Source: Paraspadella gotoi (lineage: Eukaryota; Animalia; Chaetognatha). Taken from it: DNA of 64,000 nucleotides. The position numbers and the translations under genes are program-made. The notes beneath the pieces are model-generated. The model did not search any database and was not told the DNA's origin. It saw only the letters and a list, made by a program, of their open reading frames with translations. The stretch lies in NCBI GenBank assembly GCA_051294375.1, contig CM119267.1:23318905-23382904 (forward strand), read 5' to 3'. This document shows positions 1 to 12,704 of this stretch, one piece after another (position 1 is the stretch's first letter; each line of letters starts with the position of its first letter).

Positions 1-3000
1 TCGAGATCTGTCGCCATTACTGCTGAAGGAATGCCCCAATTTCTCGAAGACTTCTCCGCCGATGCTGTCTCTCCTCCTTTGAAGGATCAAGAAGAGATCC
101 TTGGCCTCTTGGAAATGACCATGTCCAAAATGGGCGACCGCATTTTCGCCCATTTGCCCTATATCCTCCGCGTGATTCTGCGACTCGGCGCCGGCGCAAA
201 GAAGCTATTGGATGAAGGGCGCGGAAAAGTCTCCTCCATTCATCCCAGCCATCTCTCCCGACTCAGGAACGTCAAGAACGCGTCCTTCAAACGGGTCGCT
301 CAGTTCTTCAAACTCTTCGACTTTTATCCCTTCACCTCCGCGGAAATCGACGCCATTTTCGAAATTTTTATTTGGCCTTATCTCGGGAAGCAAACGATCA
401 CCAAGGAAAGCTTGGCTTCGCCGACTCCCTGCTTAAAACTCCTGCACTCCTGGACGCTTTCCTCGAGATATTTCCCGTTGTTGACCAAGTGCCGAGACGG
501 AACCGCGCCCGTCGATGTCATTTTCGAGATGATGAATTCCCCGGATTTGAAGAAACCCGTCCTTCAATTGATCGTCGACTGCATTGATCGACTTCTCAAT
601 TCCTCGGATCATTCGACTGCTCCCAATCTTGAATCCACGGCGCCGGCTCCGTGCCACATCCTGGCCGAAGGATGTCGCATTTCGCCCAGCGAAGTCAACA
701 AGGATCAAACGATAGGATTACGAGTCCTGCTGCCTTTTGTCTCTGAAATTTTCAAGTATCTCCACGGAGTTATGCGGCGAATTTCTCGAAAGAAGGACGC
801 CTCGATGCCGGCGAGAGAGTTGACAATGCTGTCGACGATGAGTCCTTTCATTCGTGGCGACGCCGAAGCCGACACCATCATACGCGTTCTCCTGCCTTAC
901 CTCAGTCGATGGAAAGTGCGCGCAGCCGCACCGGTAATCACCGCAAAACAATCATGGACTCCCAAAGTGGATGCGTCCGACGATGATCTCGAAACCAGCC
1001 TTTTGCGGGTTTTGCATCACGCGTTTGCGCTCTCCAGTCGTCCCCGCAACTACGTCATTCCCATTCTTAAGCTTTTCGGTTCCGCTCCTTCATCCGATCG
1101 CAACAACAGATCAAGACATCTTTTGATTCAAATTCTCGGAGACGTTGCAGGCATTGATGCTCACATTGCGCCTCTGCATGCGCTCGCGATCGAAGTCAAT
1201 GCCATGAATCCCAAAGTTTTGGATGAACCCGATTATGGGCGGCGGTTGGTGGCATATGAAGGCTTTGGAAAGCGTCTGCTAAGTCTTTCTACGTCCGACG
1301 AGAACTTAGACAAAACGGCAGAAAAATTGCGCGACTTTGAAATACTCCTTATGCTGTATAACAGTTTGCATTTTCTGCGCCTTGCAGATGACATTGCGCT
1401 GAGGTCCAGCTCTTTGAACTGCCTCAAGAAAATTGTGAAATATGTTGGTTCTCAGGGAAATGAGACGATGTTTAAGAGAATTATCGTCAATCACTTGATG
1501 TTGGAGATTCGCAGGTCTTTGTCTGACCCTAAAGAGAGGATTCGCCACGAGTTCATTGGCCTTTTGGGTCAGGTCGTGCGATGCTGCGGAAAGTCGAGCT
1601 CCGAAGATGGGGAAACGTCTAAATCATTTGCCGTAGAGTTGAAGCGTCTCATAGATGATACCGATCCAGAAGTGGACTTTTTCGAAAATCTCATTCACAT
1701 CCAGATACATCGTCGTCCAAGAGCGTTGACGAGACTTACCAAGCAGTTAGAGGCGAAAGAGCTGGGCTACGAGTCCGTTCACTCTTACATCTTTCCCATT
1801 CTGACGGCAATCTTAAACGAGGATTCCTATTTGAAACATCAGAACATTCTCGTCGAGGAGTGCGTCAAAGCCCTGGTGGCCGCCTGCAAGTTTGCACCTT
1901 GGTCGCTTTATTACACCACGTTGATGACTTTTCTCAAGCGACTGACGATCCCAGGCACAAAGTCACGGATCGCTGTCAAAGTTGTGGTTCCGCTTTTGGA
2001 GGCCTTTCACTTTGACCTTTCGCTGTCTCGCGGGTTGAAAAGAGGAAAGGACGGGATGGAAAAAGGAAATAAAGGGAAGACGAAGGAGAAAGCCGTTGAA
2101 AAGGGAGTAGAAATAAATCTGGAAGAGAATGAGGAAATAAAAAGTGATGAAGATGAACCGATGGAAACTACAGAGGATAATGATGCTGAAGAAGATGAAG
2201 AGAACGAAAAGAAATCGTTTCAAACCTCTTGGGTAGATCCCTCCCGACCATTGTCGGAAGAAGACGCTACAGAAATTCACCAAACGATCGCAAAAATCGT
2301 CATTCCTCAATTGAATCGACAACTTATCCAAAAGAAAAAAGGAGAGGAGGTGCACAAGCTCAGCAAAGGCGACGTTTATGACGAGAATGAAGCATTGAGA
2401 GTTCCTCTTGCCATGGCCATGGTCAAGTTGCTCTCGAAACTGCCGGACGGAATGTTGCAGTCTCACGTGACCAATATCATCACCAAAGTGATTCAGTTTT
2501 TAAAGTCTTTTGATCAGGAAGTGAGGCAGGCTTCTCGCGAAACCCTAAAACACATCTTGGTTACTTTGGGACCCAAATACTTTTTCTACATCATCACCGA
2601 ACTCAAGGAGACTCTCCTTAAGGGATTCATGAAACACGTTCTCAATTTTACCGTCCACAAACTTCTCAAAACCTTGGCCGGGACGAACAGCCTTCGAAAA
2701 CTTTTGGAACCCAGCAACTTCGACGCCTGCGTCCCCGTCTTGTCGGAGATTTACTGCGACGAACTCTTCGGCGACGTCGGCGAGGAGAGGGAAGTGGAGG
2801 CCATCACCAATAAGATTCATGAAGCCAAAGGCGCCTGCAAAAGCTACGACTCTTATCTAATCCTCGGTAAAAACGTTTCGCCTTCCATGCTGACGACCCT
2901 GTTGATGCCGTTGAGAAACAAGCTCAACTCGTCGCAGAGCAAAGAAATCGTGGGCAAAATCTCCACTTGTTTGTCCATGATCACCAACGGGTTAGCGCAA

Positions 3001-6000
3001 AACAAATCGATCCCCGTCGAACTGCTGCTCACGATCGCCCACGGATTCAGCAAGGACGGATTCGAAGGGATCGTCACGTCCAAGAAGAAAGAGGTCGATG
3101 TCCCCGTTCCGTCGTTGCGACCGGAGAGCTGCCTTCTCTTACCCGAGAATCCGGGACGAGCGGGATTCAAGCCTCAGACGACCTCTGCTACCAACAAAAA
3201 CGTTCTCATCGATTTCGGTCTTCAACTCTTGCAAATGTGTCTCAAGCGGGGAAAGGTGAAAGCAAACAATGTGGAACACTTGGGAATGTTGGATCCTTTC
3301 GTATCCATTTTGTCCGAATGCCTTGATGCCAAGCATACCAAGACGGCCGCCACTGCCTTGCAGACATTATGCCTCATTTTGAAGTTTCCTAACCTGCCGT
3401 CGCTTATGACCCACTTTAAGGACATTGCAGACGCTGTCTTTGTGATCGTTCACCGCTATGGCACCGGGGGTTTAACGAAAAAGGGCGAGATCGCTGAGCT
3501 CGTTGCCGCAGCATACAAGGCTTTGAATATCGTTTTGCACAAGTCGTCGAAGCCACTCGGCGAGGACGAGATGGAGTATCGCCTGACGGAGGATCAATTG
3601 AAGGCGCTTGTGATGTATGTGGAGCACGATGTGGCCGGCGCCGATTCGGTCGCCGCCGACAGACAGCCGACGGCCTTTTCCATGCTGAAGGCACTGCTCG
3701 CGCGAAAGTTCAATTGCAAAGAGCTCATTCCGCTGATGGACAAGGTCTTCATTCTGGCCATCAAGTCGCCCTTGGAAGGAGTGAGGTCATCCTGCCGGCA
3801 ACTCTCCCTGCAATACTTAGTCCACTACCCGTTGGGCAAACGGATCAAGGGTCACTTGCAGTTCTTTTTGCGGCAGTTGGAATACGACGGATTCGAGGAT
3901 GGGAGAGCTTCGGCTTTGGAGATGGTGCAGGTAAAGATGACTCATACATATCGTTGACGTTTAGTCAATTAACGAGGGTAAATAAAAAGTGACAAGTTTA
4001 TTAATGAAGGAAAATGATTAAGGTGATGGCAAAGGTAAAGATGACAAAGGTTACGACAAAGGTGATGACAATATTAAACGGTTCAATAATTATTTGAAGA
4101 AGGGTTCTTTTTTGAGTTTGGATGTTAAGGTGATTGGTCATTCTAAGGTTGAAGTAAGGTCTGTGATTCGTCGGCATTCTGATTATTCGTGAAGAAGACG
4201 AGCAATCGCCTCACTAGGCCAACCAAGTCCGTTTATAGGTCCATTCCGTTTATGATATAGATATCAGGGTTTAATGTATTGTTCGCCTTAAGTATAAGAG
4301 GAGGATTTACACATCAGTTAACAATCGTCAACTTCTTTTCCCTATAGGCTCTTCTCCAAAATTTTCCGAAAAAATCTTTGGATACCTACGCCACCAACGT
4401 GATGTTCCTTCCCCTGGCGGCGCGACTCATCAATGAGGAGAGTCAAAAGGTACGCAAGATGGTCGGCATCGTTGTCAAGGGTCTATTGCAGAAAGTGGAC
4501 GTTGCTGATCGAGACACAATGTTCGATTCGGCGATGGTGTGGCTCCGTCAGGACTCTGGCGACGCTCCCACGCTCTTGGCTCAGCGCAGACTGGGTGCAC
4601 AGCTGATCGGCATCTTCGCCGAGGCCGAGGGCTCGGCCTTCGAACGAAGGCTGGACGATGTTCTTCCGGCATTGTCGCTGGCGACGCGACCGGATAAGTT
4701 TGAAGACGAGGAAAAGGAGGACGGAGACGACGGCGATGAGAACGATAACAATTTGGACGATAATGAAGAAGGCTGGGAAACTGTAGGCGCGCCTTCGCGT
4801 GAAGAAGGGAAGAAAACATCCTCGGCCAAGGACGGTCTTCTCTTCATGCTGCTCAACTCTTTTAAAAAGATCATCGTCGCCTGCGGTTCCAACGTTTGGC
4901 GGAGGAAAAAAGTGGATGATCTTTTGCAATTACTGGAATCGGCCGTAGAATTTCTCTACCATCCGCACTCGTGGATCAGGTAATTCGAGACTTGTGGGGA
5001 TGTGTCTTAAAAAAAAAAAAAAATGCTATTAAAAGTTTATCGTTAAAGAAAATAATTAATTAAATTACATAATTGATGATTAGGCTCGTCTCCTCGCAAA
5101 TTTTTGGCCTCTACTTTGCCTCCTTCAAGATTGAGACTTTAAAAGTGGACGCAACCGACGCCACCCCTTCCGGCGTCGCATCTTTTCTCACCCGCGATCC
5201 CGTTGGACAGGTTCGCCAACTCTGCGGCGCCTTTTGCCATCAAATGCAGAGCGAATTTCTCACAAAAGACTTAGCCACGCAAATCGTCAAGAACCTTTTG
5301 TTTATGGTCAAAGTTATTCGGTTCTTGCGGCGAGAAAGAGAGGATTTGATTTTGGGAAGCGGAGAGGACGATGAGAAAAAGATGGAGGAGGAGGAAGAGG
5401 AAGAAGAATCGGACGAGGGGCCGGGACCCGTTCTTTCACGGATGGTGATCGACTCGGAAACTGGCGAGGAGGCTTCCACGGCTCCTCCTCGACACAAACT
5501 CTCCCTAGACTTTGTCCTTCGCCGTGTCGTCTTCGAAGCTCTAAAGGAATCGACTCACCAAAGTCGAGGCACCCTCCGCCAGACCGCTGCGCTGCAGTTT
5601 TCCGCGGCGCTGGTGTCGGAGCTCGACGCCGACGAGACGCGGCACCACTTGCCGACCATGCTGCGTGTGCTTCGGCGCGCGACGAGTTCCGGTCGGCCTA
5701 GCGCGGACGACGCCGCTCCCGGTGCCGCCGATCGTGAGTCCCTCCGTCGTCTGGCCAAAGAGTTTTCCGACATCGTAGAGAAGCGCGCCGGTCAGGAAGC
5801 CTTCGCCTTTGCCATGGTGCGCGTGGAGAAAATGGCCGGAGAGAGGAAGGCGCAACGGCGTCAACAAGCGGCGCTGCTGAAAGTCGTCGATCCCGTGCGC
5901 GCGGCGACGAAGAAGATCAATAGGAAAAGAAAAGGGGGAGACGGAGCGAAGGGAAAGAAGAAAGGGAAGAAGACGAGGCTTAAGGATTTGGCCGTGATTG

Positions 6001-6005
6001 AGTGA
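1..6005 (+). CDS. UTP20: Small subunit processome component 20 (C-terminal part; gene starts upstream of the window)
   Basis: Frame is open from base 1. Inferred exons <1-3930, 4348-4979, 5084-6005 joined in frame by GT-AG introns. HEAT-like helical protein with recalled UTP20/DRIM motifs (EVDFFENLIHIQIHRR, KGFMKHVLNFTVH, ELFGDVGEEREV, YPLGK, HPHSWIR) and a basic KKK tail. Confidence 0.93.
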
Positions 6006-6278
6006 AGACTTGAAAACGTGACTTATACTCTAAGTGCTCTTTAAACTCTTTGTTGGCCCTGAAGCGAGGGAGAAACTGTTTTTTTTTTTAAGTTGAAGTG
6101 AGAGAATTCCCGCGCGTTGTGTCGTTTGCGCGGGATTTTCGTGTTTTTATTACGTAGTTAAATTATCAAATTCTTTTGTTTTTTTTAGTTCCTCCCCAGT
6201 TTATTTTCACTACAAAGGATAAACTTTAATCCGTGTCGGCCGCGGGTGGGAATTGTCTTTCCCTCCGCCGAATGCCCC

Positions 6279-7240
6279 ATGGCTCTTTTCTCCTCCGCGT
6301 CTCTTTTAAAACTCGCTCCATCCAAATTCGTTCCTTTCTTTTCCTCTCCTCGGCGACACGTTCACGTCCCCAAGCATATGTGGGGTCGACCCAACCCTAA
6401 GTATAAAAAGGTGAGATGGTTTTGTAATAGAGATAACTGTAAAATCCCAAATGACAAAGTTTTTAAATTTTATTTTCATATTGTGGTTCGTATAAATCGA
6501 GCAACGCGTTAATTTCCTGCGCAGGGAGAAAAACACGGTCGTTATTGGCGTTCCCGTCAAGGATTGCCCAACGTCCTCGACGAGACGGGCCCGCTGGCCG
6601 AACTGCCCGATTGGACCTTCGCCGACGGAAGACCGGGGCCTCTGTCCAGGAAGCAGACCGCAAAGTGAATAGTTGGTTGAGCCTGTGAAAGGAAAACGAT
6701 TTTAGACAAAATCGTGAAGAGACAGTAATTATTGTTGTTAGTGACAGAACCGTTCAATATAAGCAGTCCCTGAGCTTCGGATCAGGCTGTAACACCGTGT
6801 TACAGGCGGGTTAAGCGCCCCGTCCCTCTTAACTGCTAGGCGACCTCCGGGCTAGAACCCTGGACCTTTGGGTTGGGAGGCGAATGACTTGACTCCGGCA
6901 CCAATGGCCGTAATCGGTTATTTTATTGTTGGACATAAACTCTCGTCGTAATCCGTCGATCTTATTTGCCTTACCCCGCTCATCATTATTTTCCAAAACA
7001 ACTCGTTTTTACAAAAACAGGGAGATTGCCGATTCTTTATCTTTGTTGCGAAAAATGATCCAATTTGTTGTCTTCAGAGTCTTGGAACAGCAACGCCTCC
7101 TCCGCGACGTCGTGGCCGGACTCGAGTTCATCAAATTCGCTCAGTCGCGCCCTGACCGTCACGCCGAGGAAGAGGAGTCGTCGCGTCGTGCCATTTTAGA
7201 CTCAAAGCTGCGTCCCAAGGGAAACCTCGTCCTGGAATAA
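6279..7240 (+). CDS. MRPL52: Mitochondrial ribosomal protein L52 (mL52)
   Basis: Exons 6279-6410, 6525-6664, 7078-7240. Exon 2 is missing from the ORF track and reads WRSRQGLP..GPLAELPDWTFADGRPGP, the mL52 signature. C-terminal LRPKG and a presequence-like N-terminus. Confidence 0.9.
6726..6912 (-). mobile_element. Putative tRNA-derived SINE, copy 1 (in MRPL52 intron 2)
   Basis: Minus strand has a tRNA-like head (ctcccaac loop, B-box-like ggttctagccc), then ggacggggcgcttaa...ttacagc..gatcc..gggac, and an A-rich tail. A diverged copy lies at ~52410-52550. Confidence 0.55.
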
Positions 7241-7270
7241 ACTATTACTTCGTCCAACAATATTGCAACT

Positions 7271-7756
7271 ATGTCCGAATCCGAACGGGTCGATGCCCGC
7301 CTTAACAAGATCGCAAATTACGAGGCTTTTCTCAACGAGAGGCTCAAGCGCGACCTCCTTCGCGTCCACCAACGACGCGACGAGGTCTGGGAGGAGCAAG
7401 CCGAATACCTCAAGCTCAAGACGGTCGTCGAACGCGTCAAGTCTTCCCCGAGCGTCGCCCGCGACGGACTCAAGTCCCGCGTCGATCTCGGCTGCAACTT
7501 TTATGCGGAGGCTCGCGTGGACGACCCTTCGAGGATCTTCGTCGACGTCGGGCTCGGGTATCACGTGGAACTGACCCTCGACGAGGCGACTAAGGTCATC
7601 GACGAGAGAGTGGAAGCGCTCAACTCCCGCGCCGAAGCTTTAACCAAGAGCGCCAATCAGATCAAAGCGCAGATTAGGATCGTCGTGGAGGGAATCCGAG
7701 AGTTGTCCAACATTTCTCGAGAAGATGCGGAAAAGTACAGGGACGTTTGGGCCTGA
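7271..7756 (+). CDS. UXT: UXT, prefoldin alpha-like protein
   Basis: Intronless 161 aa ORF with YEAFLNERLKRDL, VDLGCNFYAEARV, IFVDVGLGYHVELTLDEA and VVEGIREL, typical of UXT. Confidence 0.92.
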   Translation: MSESERVDARLNKIANYEAFLNERLKRDLLRVHQRRDEVWEEQAEYLKLKTVVERVKSSPSVARDGLKSRVDLGCNFYAEARVDDPSRIFVDVGLGYHVELTLDEATKVIDERVEALNSRAEALTKSANQIKAQIRIVVEGIRELSNISREDAEKYRDVWA

Positions 7757-8037
7757 GATAAAGAAAGAGATCTCTCTGCTCGTGTGAAAGTGTTTTACAT
7801 GTTTTCATGTCTTTAAATATATTGATGCCATTTTTGTTTATTATAAGTTGATATTCGTATATAAAAGAACAAAGGAGTTGTAAAGAATAGCAATTAATCA
7901 AAGGTAAAGTTAAAAAGGATCCCAACTCATCATCGCCTTCTTTAAAACTCCGGTTTGTCGTTTTTCGATTTGGTTTGTTTTTGTTTCTCTTCCGCGCAAA
8001 AAGAATACCAAAGACAAAAAACCCTCGGAAGACCGAA

Positions 8038-10884
8038 ATGACGCAATCGTCTCCCGCCCCGCGCGTTCTCGTCGCCTCCAGCCTCGCGGAAAAACTCTCT
8101 ATCACTTCCTTAGACAACTTTGAGCGGGGCCTCGACGGTCCGCGACCGGTCCACGCTTTGATCGGCGTTCCCGGCGACGCTGAGTCCGGCGCCCCCATCC
8201 TCGTGCTAAACGCTTGTCGACTTCATGATCCCGACATGGGCTTCTGCGAAGTAGAACCTTGTAAGGATTCATTTAAAATAATTATAATATTTTTTCCTTC
8301 CACCAAGTAAAATAATTTTCCTCCACTTTCCTCTTTTTGTTCTAATAGGCGTCAATCTCATTCTCGCCGACATCGATTCTCATCTTTCCGGCGGAGTCTC
8401 GGTTGTCGGTCTCCTTCACTACAACGGGTCTATAGGAGGGTATGTTTGTCTAAGATAAGCATATAACTAGGTACCAAGAGGTTCAGTGTAAACAGAAGAA
8501 TTCTCGCTTACTATGTAAACTGTCCTTAATATAAGTATATATGAAAATAGACACATTTAGATTTAATACTGCAATATGTAAATGAGATTGAGAGATTCAA
8601 TTTCATTTAAGATCATATTAAATAATCATCTCTTACAGCTCTGCAACAATGAACAAAAATTGAAAATAATATGTATAATATGTACAATAAGTATTCCCCG
8701 ATCTAATACTTAAGGGAGTGGTCTTTTCATACAATTGAAACATTCTTTGAAATATTTTCCACTTCATTGATAGGGAAGCCAGGTACTCTGGGAGTTAATA
8801 AACGAGACTGTGAAAGAGTCTTGATTGAAAGCTTGCAGGGACCTGCTATGTCATTATCTTGTAAGAGTGATGGAGGCCTTAAACCACCAAAGCCTGTCCA
8901 AAGTCAGGGGCAAGATAGCTTATTTATTAAATGATTGGATAATTTTTATATTGGTTGTACCAATTTCATGTAATATCTAAATAATTTATCCTTTGCTCAC
9001 CCAGCAACATTCCCGAAGACGTCCTCCACATCTTCGACCCCTACGATTCGAAGATGCCGCGAGACCGCGACTATGTACAGCTGTCGCTGGCGCCGTCTCA
9101 GTCTGACGCCGTCGGTTACGAAATCGCAGAATGTCACGTCTTTCGAATCGGAGACGAGGATCAGGAGAAAACGACTTTTTCCGTCGTCGACGATCCGTTG
9201 GACGATTTGCTTCTCTTTCGCGTCCGCGCTTCTTTCCCGCTCAACTTGGAGATTCCCGAAGATGACGAGCAAATAATCGGCGGGGCGATCGAGCGACTTT
9301 TGACGCGACTCTCCATGAGATCCCCCGCCTTTGCCCTCGAGAGCAGCGCCGCCGATTTAATCCTCGCCCGCGGCGTCGTCTTCAACGCCGAGGGAGAAGA
9401 TCTCCGCGACGCCGGTGACGTGCGCGACTTCGCCGAAGCGGCGATGGCGCAAAGCGACGTCGACGAAGGATTCGCCATCGTCGCCTCCGCCGAAGATGAA
9501 AGAAAGAAGAGGAAGAAGCGAGCTAAGAAATCCGCGACGATTAAAGGCCCCAAATCTGCCATCTGCTTCAGATTCTTCGAACGCATCACCGGCGACGAGG
9601 CCCTCGAGCCTTTCCCATCCCACAGCCCCGTAATTCGCCTTACGCCCAAAGAATTCGTCTCTGTCAAGACTATCCTTTCGTTGGAAGCGCTGGCCGTCGC
9701 GCGTTCGGGAGATTCCCGCGAGGCGCTCCTCGATCGCTTCCTCCAAGGCCTCGAGCGGCAGATCGTGAGCTGCGGAGAGTGGCTCAAGTCGAGACTCTAC
9801 GCCGTTGTGAAAGCGTCGGCGCCTCGTCGCTTTGAATCATTTCACGCTCTGCCTGAAACTGCCGGACATTTCGTCTCCATTGTCGTCCCCATTGGCGCAG
9901 AGGACAATGACGATGACATGGAAGAAGAAGATAAGAACATCCGGCGCCGATTAGCTTATTATTTTTTCTTGCCGCCGGATCGACCGCTCTTTCGAGAAGG
10001 AAACGCGTACGTCTTCGCCGAAGAAGCCGCGAGCTCGCCTTATTTGAGAAACGTTCACTTGGGCCTGAAGCGGCCGTTACCCAATGCGGCGGAGGCGGCC
10101 GTGGCGACGGTTCAGGGGAACTACGTTTATCATCATTACTTGCAGGTAGAGAGGAAAGAGGTTTCACTTTTTCTCTATTGGTGGCGTTGTTGTATTTATC
10201 AATTCGTAACATCACAATGACTGTTATCAGGTACTTTTTGTCGCCCGACTTATTTTTTTGTAATATTACTTCAGGATCGCATGTCCGACGATGGATGGGG
10301 TTGCGCCTATCGATCTCTTCAGACGATCGTTTCGTGGTTCCGTCTTCAAGGTTACACCTCCCGTGCCACGCCCACCCACACGGAAATTCAACAGACGCTC
10401 GTCGATCTCGACGACAAGCCTCCGTCGTTCGTCGGTTCGAAGAAGTGGATCGGTTCAATGGAGGTTTGTCGCTAATTCATATTTTTGTAATTGTTTACAT
10501 TTAGTAAATCTAAATTGGATTTGAAATTATCTCCAGGTAAGCTACTGTCTTGACCATCTCGCCGGCGTCACCTCCCGCATCCTTAGCGTGAGCTCCGGTG
10601 CCGCTTTGGCGGACAAGGCGCGCGAGCTGCTCGACCACTTTCGATCGGAAGGCACGCCGGTGATGATCGGTGGCGGCGTCCTGGCGCACACGATCCTCGG
10701 CGTCGCCTTCGACGACGTCGGCGGCGAAGTCAAGTTTCTCGTTCTCGATCCACACTACACCGGCGCCGAAGACCTCAAGATCATCCAGGACAAAGGCTGG
10801 TGCGGTTGGAAGCCATCCTCGTTTTGGGACAAGAACGCCTTCTACAATCTGTGTTTGCCGCAACGACCGAGGGGAATCTATTGA
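8038..10884 (+). CDS. UFSP2: UFM1-specific protease 2 (peptidase C78)
   Basis: Exons 8038-8260, 8349-8439, 9005-10145, 10275-10463, 10537-10884 stay in frame. Motifs [11 protein letters not shown], catalytic [38 protein letters not shown] and YNLCLPQRP. Confidence 0.95.
8835..8975 (+). repeat. ~140 bp dispersed repeat, copy 1 (UFSP2 intron 2)
   Basis: gcagggacctgctatgtcattatctt...ggttgtaccaatttcat is a near reverse complement of ~31932-32068. Confidence 0.8.
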
Positions 10885-11097
10885 AGAGTGAAGACGAATC
10901 TTACGTGTTGATGTTGATGCTGAAGATTCCGTATGTTGCAGATGATGTTAGGAAAAAGACATTGTTTCATTGATCTTAAGTCCTAGCGTTTCAAATTAAT
11001 AAAAACTAGTCACCGTTTAATGGAAAATAAAGCCTGTTAATGCTTAATCATTGTTGTCATAATTTTTTTAAAAAATGATAAAACGACAGATAGAAAA

Positions 11098-11559
11098 ATG
11101 GACGAGATTGAGTCTCTAGTCGCTGATATGCTCAAGGTCCAAATTGAGTCACCAAAAAACCTCGTCACCAATTCCTTCTCGGCATGGAGCTTTCGACACC
11201 GCCTCCAACGTCTCGCCTTGGACGCCGGTCGGGCAGACCTGATTCCATCAACGCCCGAGGAAGAGGCCCTCGTTCGCCAGTGGCTCAAGACGTCCATCAC
11301 GGATCCTCCGACGTGCGAGTTGGCGGAGATCCTCGACGCTTTCCTCGCCGACAGAGTCTTTCTCGTCGGGCATCGACTCACTCTCGCCGATCTCGCCCTC
11401 CTCGTCGTCGTCGGGCCGCGAATCACGGCCGCTTCCTTTGCGGAGAAGGAAAGACTGACCAACTTATCGAGATGGTTCGTCCACGCGAGAGGGGCGTTGC
11501 CGAGGATGCCGGATTCGTTGGCTGGAGGAATATTTCTCCGGACCAGACTTTATGTTTGA
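11098..11559 (+). CDS. EEF1E1: AIMP3/p18, GST-C-like multisynthetase complex component
   Basis: Intronless 153 aa ORF with STPEEEALVRQWL, LADRVFLVGHRLTLADL, EKERLTNLSRWF and terminal RLY, matching recalled AIMP3 sequence. Confidence 0.85.
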   Translation: MDEIESLVADMLKVQIESPKNLVTNSFSAWSFRHRLQRLALDAGRADLIPSTPEEEALVRQWLKTSITDPPTCELAEILDAFLADRVFLVGHRLTLADLALLVVVGPRITAASFAEKERLTNLSRWFVHARGALPRMPDSLAGGIFLRTRLYV

Positions 11560-11807
11560 CAAGTTGGTGTCATTGCGTGTCGGGAACAAACTCTTGTTGA
11601 ATCGCGGATCAACTTTTTGGAAATTCCCTGCGGATAAACTTTTGTGATTGATTGTCTTATTCAAATAAAGATTCATTGTATTCATTAATTCGTTATTGAT
11701 AATTATTTAATTGTTCATTACCCTGTTGGACAAACTCTCATTGAAATTTATTACTTATTATTATTTCTCTCTCTCTTTTTCTCTTTCTCCCTCTCCCTTT
11801 TTCTTTT

Positions 11808-11851
<44 letters not shown>

Positions 11852-11879
11852 TCATACATGCATTTGTTTGTTTTATTTA

Positions 11880-12690
11880 TGATGAATGACTCATCGCGTC
11901 AATGATTAGCATCATATTAATAAATGACTATCATCGCATCAATGAATGATTATCAGCGCATCAATGAATGATTATCATCGCATCAATATTTGGTTATCAT
12001 CACATCAATATTTGTTTATCATCGCATCAATATTTGGTTATCATCGCATCAATAATTGTTATCATCGCCTCAATTATTATTACACCAATCAATTACTATT
12101 ATATCAATCAATTATTATTACATTAATTATAATTACATCAATCAATTACTTATATCAATCAACCAATCATTTATTAATATATCAATCAATTAATTACTAT
12201 TACATAAATCAATCGAGAACAAAAGACGGAAAACCCTGCTCATCATTACTATTACATCAGTCAATCAATCAATTACTATTATATCAATCAAACAATTTCT
12301 ATTACATCAATCAATTATTATTNNNNNNNNNNNNNNNNNNTCAATCAATTATTATTACATCAATCAATTACTATTATATCGATCAATTACTATTATATCA
12401 ATTACTATTATATCAATAATTCGTAATCAATCTTTTTTTTCGTGGATTTTTTCATTAATNNNNNNNNNNATCGCATCAATAATTGTTATCATCGCCTCAA
12501 TTATTATTACACCAATCAATTACTATTATATCAATCAATTATTATTACATTAATTATAATTACATCAATCAATTACTTATATCAATCAACCAATCATTTA
12601 TTAATATATCAATCAATTAATTACTATTACATAAATCAATCGAGAACAAAAGACGGAAAACCCTGCTCATCATTACTATTNNNNNNNNNN
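11880..12690. repeat. Low-complexity ATCA/ATTA repeats with a gap-flanked duplication
   Basis: 12043-12253 is repeated at 12470-12680 between N runs, and a CT microsatellite lies just upstream. Confidence 0.75.
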
Positions 12691-12704
12691 TAAGATTTTT
12701 TAAA

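Noticed and set aside
4155-4225. Possible C/D snoRNA in the UTP20 intron
   Set aside because: Only imperfect box C-like and ctga matches, without convincing spacing or terminal stem.
6766-6912. Functional tRNA gene
   Set aside because: No complete cloverleaf and the sequence continues into a repeat body shared with another locus; treated as a SINE.
11946-12693. Two similar N/Y/I/Q-rich ORFs
   Set aside because: Low-complexity sequence duplicated between N gaps; likely an assembly artefact.
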